Of a stretch of 64,000 nt of DNA, positions 57,839 through 64,000 are shown piece after piece. The first letter of the stretch is position 1; every line of letters starts with the position of its first letter. Source of the stretch: Chthoniobacteraceae bacterium (GTDB lineage Bacteria > Verrucomicrobiota > Verrucomicrobiia > Chthoniobacterales > Chthoniobacteraceae). The notes under the pieces were generated by a model that made no database searches, was not told the DNA's origin, and saw only the letters and a program-made list of their open reading frames with translations. The translations under genes were made by a program, and so were the position numbers. The DNA lies in NCBI GenBank assembly GCA_040081625.1, contig JBEBGD010000005.1, positions 46,966 to 110,965 of the forward strand, written 5' to 3'.

Positions 57839-58969
57839 TTACGTGAAACGGAGGATGAAGTGGCGGTAGAACTCCAGCGCTTTCCCGACTTGATCGAGCT
57901 CGACGTATTCGTCCGCCGTGTGCGCGCGGTCGATGCTGCCGGGGCCGAAGACGATGCTGGGAATCCCCTGGCGCGAGAGCTTGCTCGCGTCGCAGGCGAA
58001 CGGAACGCCGCACAGTTTTCCATCAAGCCCCATTTCATCGAGCACGGCGCTCGCGAGCTGCGCGGGCGCGGAGTCGGTGGCGGTTTCGAGGGCTTCGTCG
58101 GTGAGCGTCGGCGGCTCCATCGCGGCATCGAGCGTGGGATGCTGCGCGCGCAGCGAATCGAGCAAGCGCTGGTAGTGCGCGAGCACGGCTTCGGTTCGCT
58201 CGCCGGGCAGCAAACGCCGGTCGATCTCGATGGCACACATGTCTGGCACGAAGTTCACCTGCACGCCGCCGCGGACGACGCCGACGCTGCACGTCGCAGG
58301 CCCGAGCAGCGGATGTGCGGGGAGCGGATCGCTCTCGATCGCGAGGATGACGCGCGCCATGTGCGTGATCGCGTTCACGCCGAGGTGCGGCTTCGAGCTG
58401 TGCGCGGCCTTGCCACGCACGACGATGCGCCAGCGCAGCACGCCCTTGTGCGCGGCGACCGCGCGCAGTCCGGTCGGCTCGGCCACGAGCGCAGCGTGGG
58501 CGGTCAGCCCTTCGCAGAGCTTCACCACGCCGCGAAAGGAAAACTCTTCATCGACCACCGCTGCGAGCCAGACTTCGCACGGCGGCGTGATGCCTTCCTC
58601 GTGCAGCGAAGCGACAGCGTGCATCATCGCGGCGAGTCCGGCCTTCGTGTCGCAACTGCCGCGACCGAACATTTTCCCATTCTCGATGCGCGGCTCGAAG
58701 GGCGGAATCGTCATCCCCTGCACGGACACGGTGTCGGTGTGCGCCTCGAGGATCACGCGTCGCGTCGCGTCGCGACCGGGCAGGCGCGCGATCACATTCG
58801 GGCGCCCCGGAAATACTTCCTGCTCCCACGTTTCGATCCCGCGCTGCTCGAAGAACCGCCGCACCCACGCCGCGATTTCGCGTTCACCTGGCCCGCCTTC
58901 GTAGGACGAGTTCACGCTGTTGATGCGCACCAGTTCGGCGAGCGTGGGGATGACGGCGGAGGAGTGCAT
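57839..58969 (-). CDS. M20 family (ArgE/DapE-like) metallo-deacylase
   Basis: AHTDTV, GRGSCDTKAG, VDEE, AEPT, AHTADE. Confidence 0.9.
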   Translation of the reverse strand: MHSSAVIPTLAELVRINSVNSSYEGGPGEREIAAWVRRFFEQRGIETWEQEVFPGRPNVIARLPGRDATRRVILEAHTDTVSVQGMTIPPFEPRIENGKMFGRGSCDTKAGLAAMMHAVASLHEEGITPPCEVWLAAVVDEEFSFRGVVKLCEGLTAHAALVAEPTGLRAVAAHKGVLRWRIVVRGKAAHSSKPHLGVNAITHMARVILAIESDPLPAHPLLGPATCSVGVVRGGVQVNFVPDMCAIEIDRRLLPGERTEAVLAHYQRLLDSLRAQHPTLDAAMEPPTLTDEALETATDSAPAQLASAVLDEMGLDGKLCGVPFACDASKLSRQGIPSIVFGPGSIDRAHTADEYVELDQVGKALEFYRHFILRFT

Positions 58970-59018
58970 CGCGCCGGATGATGCTTGAGTCAGCCGCGCG
59001 CGCCAGCACAACTCCCTC

Positions 59019-59352
59019 ATGCCGATCCGCGACCAATTCAATCTCCGCGGACGCCGCGCCTTGATCACCGGCGGCACTCGCGGCCTCGGCTTGGAAATGG
59101 CGCGCGCACTTGGCGAAGCCGGACGAAGCTGAACGATTCTGCGCGCGGGTGATGCGCGAGTTCCCCGTCATCGATATCCTCGTGAACAACGTCGGTGGGC
59201 GGCGCGCGGCGTCACGGCGAACTGCATCGCGCCGGGCCCATTCCTCACCGACGCAAATCGCCGCTGGATTCGCGAGCGGCCTGAGTTTGACGCGGAAGTC
59301 GTCGCATTCATCCCGATGGGGCGATGGGGCGACCCGGGGGAAATCGGCGGGC
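59019..59352 (+). pseudogene. Decayed SDR oxidoreductase (gluconate 5-dehydrogenase-like)
   Basis: Three collinear fragments in different frames: [11 protein letters not shown] then stop; IDILVNNVG; GVTANCIAPGPFLT...IPMGRWGDPGEIG; the YxxxK segment is missing. Confidence 0.8.
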
Positions 59353-59522
59353 GCTTCGGAGCTGATGCAGGCTTCCGCCGCGCCGTGCTCGGTGCAGCGC
59401 CGGCGCAGCCACGCGGTTTGCTTTCCGCTCTCGCTACGTCGCAGCAGTTCGGCCGGCGCCGGCACATGGCACTGCGGGCAGCGGCTGGTCGTGCGTTTGA
59501 GGAGGGTTTCGGCCGCGGTCAC
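59350..59522 (-). pseudogene. N-terminal remnant of a probable radical SAM protein
   Basis: TTSRCPQC...LRRRCTEHG...ISSE matches the Zn-binding N-terminus of MJ0619-like radical SAM proteins as recalled; truncated at the SDR remnant. Confidence 0.6.
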
Positions 59523-59554
59523 TCCCGCCGCGTGGCACAAAGCCGAAGTGCGGC

Positions 59555-60907
59555 CTAGCCGTATCGCAGCGCCTCGATCGGCTCGATGCGCGCGGCCTTC
59601 ACCGCCGGGTAGATGCCGCTGACGACGCCGATGATCACTGCGAAGCTGAAGCTGATGATGACGTTGTCCCACTCGAGCACGGGCGCGTTTTCGCCGGGCG
59701 AGATGGCGACGAGGATGCGCATGACGCCGAGGCTGGCGACGAGGCCTAGGAGACCGCCGATGACGCCGACGACCGCGCTCTCGACGACGATCTGCACGAA
59801 GATGTCGCGCCCTTTCGCGCCGACGGCGCGCCGCACGCCGATCTCGCGGATGCGCTCGGTGATCGAGGCGAGCATGATGTTTGTGATGCCGATGCCGCCG
59901 ACGAGCAGGCTGATGCCGGCGATGAGGCCGCCGCTGGTGCGCACGTTGCGGATGTATTCTTCGTTGCGCTCGAACCACTCCTCGCGCGTATCGAAGCTGA
60001 AGTCGTCGATGCCGCGATGGGTGATGCGAAGCATGTCGCCGACGCGATCGAGCGTCTCGCTGAAGCGATTGATGTCGGCGACCTGGAAGACGAGCGAGTC
60101 GAGCCGGTAGTCGGGGCCCTGGTCTTCCTTGGCGACGATGTTGGCGCTCTTGAACTCGTAGAATGCGGTGCTGATGGGCATGACGATCGTGCCGTTCTTT
60201 CGCGAAAAGGAGCTGTAGCGGCTGCGGGCGCTGCTGCTGCTCGAGCGCACTTTGCCGCTGCTGGACGTGCTCGCGCCCGTGGTGATTCCCATCTCGCGGC
60301 GGCGCTTGTCTTCCTCGCGCTCGTAGAGCTCGAAGATGCCGACGATGCGGAAGGGGCGCTGGTTGATGAGCACGGTTTCGCCGACGGCGTTGTAGTCGGG
60401 CCACTCGGGCCAGAGCTTGTCCACGACCATGCGGCCGACGACGCAGACGTGCGCGCTTTGGTCCACATCGAGCCACGTGAGATCGCGGCCGAAGGCGACG
60501 GCGTGCTTGTTGATGGGCATGTAGTCCGGCCACACGGCCTGCGCTTCGTTCCGGAAGTTGTTCCCGCCGGCAACCACGTTCACGGAGATGTTCACGACCG
60601 GGCTGACGCGGCTGACGAGGTGCGGGATTTTTGCGATTACGATCGCATCCTCGACGGTGCGTCCGGGAGAAATCTCCGACTTGTAGTCCTGCTCGGGCGG
60701 CACCTCCTGCTTGATGACGCCGACGAGTTCGATGCCGCCGAGTTGCGTGATGTAATCGCGCACGCCCCGCGCCATGCCGGCGGTGAGCGAAAACATGCTC
60801 AGCAGCGATGCGACGCCGAGGATGACGCCGAGCATGGTGAGGAAGCTGCGAAACTTGTGTGCCCAGATTTCCTTGATGCCGACGAGAATGGCGAGCCAGA
60901 GGTTCAT
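59555..60907 (-). CDS. MacB-like ABC transporter permease
   Basis: RSFLTMLGVILGV, ISLLVGGIGITNIML...ERIREIGVRRAVGA, PIEALRY. Confidence 0.92.
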   Translation of the reverse strand: MNLWLAILVGIKEIWAHKFRSFLTMLGVILGVASLLSMFSLTAGMARGVRDYITQLGGIELVGVIKQEVPPEQDYKSEISPGRTVEDAIVIAKIPHLVSRVSPVVNISVNVVAGGNNFRNEAQAVWPDYMPINKHAVAFGRDLTWLDVDQSAHVCVVGRMVVDKLWPEWPDYNAVGETVLINQRPFRIVGIFELYEREEDKRRREMGITTGASTSSSGKVRSSSSSARSRYSSFSRKNGTIVMPISTAFYEFKSANIVAKEDQGPDYRLDSLVFQVADINRFSETLDRVGDMLRITHRGIDDFSFDTREEWFERNEEYIRNVRTSGGLIAGISLLVGGIGITNIMLASITERIREIGVRRAVGAKGRDIFVQIVVESAVVGVIGGLLGLVASLGVMRILVAISPGENAPVLEWDNVIISFSFAVIIGVVSGIYPAVKAARIEPIEALRYG

Positions 60908-61596
60908 TCGGGTTTCGAGTTTTGCACGTCGTTGACGATCTTGCCGTCGTGGATCTCGATGCGGCGCGCGGCCTGGGCGGCGATGTGGTTGTCGTGGGTG
61001 ACGAGCACGATGGTGCTGCCGGCGCGGCTCAGTTCGCGGAACATCTCGAGGATGGTGGCGCCGGTGTTCGAGTCGAGGTTGCCGGTGGGCTCGTCGGCGA
61101 AGATGATCTTCGGGCTGTTGACGAGCGCGCGGGCGATGGCGACGCGCTGCATCTGGCCGCCGGAGAGTTGGAGCGGCGTGTTGTTCACGCGCTGGCCGAG
61201 GCCGACGCGCTCGATGGCGACGAGCGCTTTCTCGTGCCGTGCGCGCGCGGAGATGCCGGCGTAGATGAGCGGCAGCTCGACGTTTTGGAGGACGTTGAGT
61301 TTGGCGAGCAGATTGAAGCTCTGGAAGACGAAGCCGATCCGGCTGCTGCGCATCTCGGCAAGTGTGTTGCCGCTCGCGCGCGAGACATCGACGCCGTCGA
61401 GCGTCATGGTGCCGGTCGTGGGCGTATCGAGGCAGCCGAGCAGGTGCATGAGCGTGCTTTTGCCGCTGCCGCTCGGTCCGATGATCGCCGCGAACTCGCC
61501 CTGCTCGATGTTCAGGTCGATGCCCGCGAGCGCGTCGATGTCCTGCTCGCCGACGCGATAGCGCTTGGTGACGTTGCGCAGCTCGATGAGCGCCAT
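60904..61596 (-). CDS. ABC transporter ATP-binding protein (LolD/MacB type)
   Basis: GPSGSGKST, LSGGQ, FADEPTGNLD, VTHD. Confidence 0.95.
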   Translation of the reverse strand: MALIELRNVTKRYRVGEQDIDALAGIDLNIEQGEFAAIIGPSGSGKSTLMHLLGCLDTPTTGTMTLDGVDVSRASGNTLAEMRSSRIGFVFQSFNLLAKLNVLQNVELPLIYAGISARARHEKALVAIERVGLGQRVNNTPLQLSGGQMQRVAIARALVNSPKIIFADEPTGNLDSNTGATILEMFRELSRAGSTIVLVTHDNHIAAQAARRIEIHDGKIVNDVQNSKPE

Positions 61597-61610
61597 TCTC
61601 TTCCCCAGCC

Positions 61611-62759
61611 TTACGACGAGCGCTTCTTGCTGGCCTTCGCCGGCTTGCCGTTTGAGGGATGCACCGGGACGGAGGGCGCGGTGTCTGGATGATTGGGCTC
61701 GATGAGGAGGATCGTTTCGCCCTCGGCGACGCCGGCCTTGATCTCCGCGAAATCGAAGTTGGTGATCCCGACTTTCACCTCGCGCCGCTCGGTCGAGCCG
61801 CCGTTGCGCACATAGACGACCCGCTCGTTGCCATCGCCCTTGAAGACCGCGGAGATCGGCACGGCGACGGCGGAATCGGCGCGGGCGATCGGGATGTTGA
61901 GTGTGACCGTCATGCCGGGGCGCAGGCGCGCGCTCGGGTTCTCGATGGTTGCCTCGATGGCGAAGCCCTTCACGCTGTTCTTCACCGTGGCGACGGGCGC
62001 GATGAAGTTGATCCGGCCGGTCATGTTCGCGTCCTTGAGCGAATCGGCCTTGAGCTTCACGGGTTGATCGACCTTGAGCCGCGCGACATCGACCTGGTTG
62101 ACGTGGGTCTGCACGAGCAGCTTGTCGAGGTTTGCGACGGTCATCAGCGCGGTGCCGCTGTTGACGCTCGCCGCGGCGATCACGACCTGGCCTTCGATGA
62201 TGGGCAGCACGAGCACCGTGCCGTCGATGGGCGAGGTGACCTTGGTCTTGCGCAGCTTTTCCTCGGTGGTGGCGAGTTTGCGCTGCGCCCGCACGAGGTT
62301 GTTTTGCGCGATGTCATACTCGCTGGTGAGGTTGTCGAACTGCTCACGGCTCACGAGCTTCGCCTCGAAGAGTTCCTTCGAGCGTTCGTAGTTTCGCTTG
62401 TCCTTTTCCATCTCGAGCTTTGCGCCGTCGATCTCGGTGAGCACGGATTGCTTCTCGGTGAGCAGGTCGCTGTCATCGACTTCCACGAGCAGGTCGCCGG
62501 ACTTCACCGTGGATCCAGGCTCGACGTGGATGGCTTTGACTTTTCCGCTGACCTCGGACTTCACGTCGAGTTGGAAGGACGGGGTGACATCGCCGGAGAC
62601 CTCGACGCTGAAGTCGATGTCGCGCTTCTCGACCTTGCTCATGAGCCGCGCGGGGATCTCGTCCGTCGTGTCGCCGCCGATTCGGCCGGTTTTCACGAGC
62701 CACCAGGCGCCACCAGCGAGGGTGGCTGCGATCGCGATGGCGAGGACGAGTTTTTTCAT
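61611..62759 (-). CDS. Periplasmic adaptor (MacA-like membrane fusion protein)
   Basis: N-terminal TM, SEVSGKV...V.PG..VK.GD, SPIDGTV, LRPGMT. Confidence 0.9.
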   Translation of the reverse strand: MKKLVLAIAIAATLAGGAWWLVKTGRIGGDTTDEIPARLMSKVEKRDIDFSVEVSGDVTPSFQLDVKSEVSGKVKAIHVEPGSTVKSGDLLVEVDDSDLLTEKQSVLTEIDGAKLEMEKDKRNYERSKELFEAKLVSREQFDNLTSEYDIAQNNLVRAQRKLATTEEKLRKTKVTSPIDGTVLVLPIIEGQVVIAAASVNSGTALMTVANLDKLLVQTHVNQVDVARLKVDQPVKLKADSLKDANMTGRINFIAPVATVKNSVKGFAIEATIENPSARLRPGMTVTLNIPIARADSAVAVPISAVFKGDGNERVVYVRNGGSTERREVKVGITNFDFAEIKAGVAEGETILLIEPNHPDTAPSVPVHPSNGKPAKASKKRSS

Positions 62760-62898
62760 CAGGGAAATGGTGGACGGAAGTTGGAAAAGGGGTCGCCACT
62801 GTCGTGTGGCCCGCAAGCCGGGCAACCCGCCGCGATGGGTCGTCAGGTCAACCTTGCGACCGCGCTGCTTCTTAGCCGGGGCGATTCCAGCCGCGGCT

Positions 62899-63132
62899 CT
62901 ACGAACCCGGCGCTGTCGGCGACCACGCGAAGCGAATCGGACGGCAGGCGGTGCTGTCGCACGGCTTGGCGTTCGATGGAGCGGTCCACACGACGCGCGG
63001 TGCATTCGCACGACGTTCCGGGCGCTCGACCTTTCGTGGGCGGGCGCCCTTGGTCTCCCCGGCCGATACGGTCGTGGCGAAAACGGGGGCCAGAAGTGCG
63101 GCGGCGAGGCTGAATCGAAGCAGTGTCTTCAT
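62899..63132 (-). CDS. Small secreted hypothetical protein
   Basis: Signal peptide MKTLLRFSLAAALLAPVFA; 77 aa; fills the gap between co-oriented genes. Confidence 0.55.
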   Translation of the reverse strand: MKTLLRFSLAAALLAPVFATTVSAGETKGARPRKVERPERRANAPRVVWTAPSNAKPCDSTACRPIRFAWSPTAPGS

Positions 63133-63156
63133 GATGTGACCCTCATTGATAGCGGA

Positions 63157-63999
63157 TTAAGTGCCCGGCGCGCTGCCGAAAACCTTCGTCGGGCGTATTG
63201 GGGTGGTGACGGGTGGCTGGACTTTCGGCGCGGGTGGGCGCTGGGACGCGGCGGGGGGCCTCGGGGGATCCTCGCGCGGTTTCGTCACGGCCTTCTTTGG
63301 CGCGGTGTAGGTTTTGCGAGACGGCTGCGTGGCGACGGGCTTGGGTTTGTCGGCGGCTTTCTTCTGCTCTGCCATCCGGGCGGCAGCATCGGCGTCGGCT
63401 TTCTCTTTCATCTCGGCCTGCAATTTCGCCTCGGCGACTCGCTCCTGCTCGGCGGTGGCCATGCGCTGCTGCTCGGCGATCTTGGCCTCGGCGTCGTTGA
63501 CGGCTTGCAAGCGCGTCTTCGCCGCCACATTTGTCGGATCCCATACGTTCAGGATGGCGGTGAGCGGGCTGCGCGCGGCGTTCCAGTCGTTTTTCGCGAA
63601 AGCCCCATCGGAGTCGCGGAGCAACTGCGCGATGGTCTCCACACGTTTCATTTCGTCGCGTTGCATCGTCTCGCGTTTGGTGAGGTCCGTCTGCAAAGTC
63701 GTCAGCGCGGCGCGCAAGTCCGCGATCGCAGGGAGATCAGCCGGCAGCTTGCCGATCGAGTCCGCCGCTTCCGTCGCGCGCTCCGCGGCGATCGCTTCGC
63801 GGATGGTGGCGATCTCCTTTTCATAAGTCGGCGTCGGAATCACCGGGGCGATCTGGACCACCGCAGGCGCGATTGGCGCGGCGATCTTCGGGGTTTCCGA
63901 CTGGTTCAAATACATCCACGCGCCGACGACCGCGATGAGCGCGATCGAGCCCAGCGCGGCGAGCGCGAGGCTGGGCGACTTGCGCGCGGGCGCGCTGTC
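63157..63999 (-). CDS. 3' part (partial) of a membrane-anchored coiled-coil / Pro-rich protein
   Basis: Frame open to the window edge; TM (LALAALGSIALIAVVGAWMYL), helical region and low-complexity tail. Confidence 0.7.
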   Translation of the reverse strand, partial: DSAPARKSPSLALAALGSIALIAVVGAWMYLNQSETPKIAAPIAPAVVQIAPVIPTPTYEKEIATIREAIAAERATEAADSIGKLPADLPAIADLRAALTTLQTDLTKRETMQRDEMKRVETIAQLLRDSDGAFAKNDWNAARSPLTAILNVWDPTNVAAKTRLQAVNDAEAKIAEQQRMATAEQERVAEAKLQAEMKEKADADAAARMAEQKKAADKPKPVATQPSRKTYTAPKKAVTKPREDPPRPPAASQRPPAPKVQPPVTTPIRPTKVFGSAPGT

Positions 64000-64000
64000 C

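Noticed and set aside
62760..62898. Possible riboswitch upstream of the adaptor gene
   Set aside because: GC-rich stems are possible but no known aptamer consensus was recognised

Overview
High-GC bacterial window, most consistent with Verrucomicrobiota/PVC (inferred from gene content and SD-less leaders). Left to right: (1) the 3' end of a secreted-protein gene and three housekeeping-type genes; (2) a Planctomycetes/Verrucomicrobia-type bacterial microcompartment (PVM-like BMC) operon, 2.7-13.3 kb, with a DeoR regulator and three copies of a candidate TTATGAT-N8-ATCATAA operator, interrupted by a four-helix-bundle gene bracketed by inverted heptamer repeats; (3) a defence cluster, 13.3-19.8 kb: an AbiEii-type toxin pair flanked by a duplication of the pduT 3' end, an RloC-like SMC-type ATPase, and an AccI-like type II R-M system with a controller protein; (4) recQ, a flavoprotein, a PIG-L deacetylase and tRNA-Leu(TAG); (5) a CHAT protease / CHASE2 adenylate cyclase / DUF928 / TpsA / TpsB locus with a 3962-aa repetitive surface protein in the middle; (6) an FG-GAP double-propeller protein, a redoxin-cytochrome c-copper monooxygenase fusion, an FHA-kinase-LRR protein and tRNA-Phe(GAA); (7) catabolic enzymes, a two-gene deletion scar and a MacAB-type ABC exporter. 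All assignments come from motifs read by eye; no searches or counts were run.
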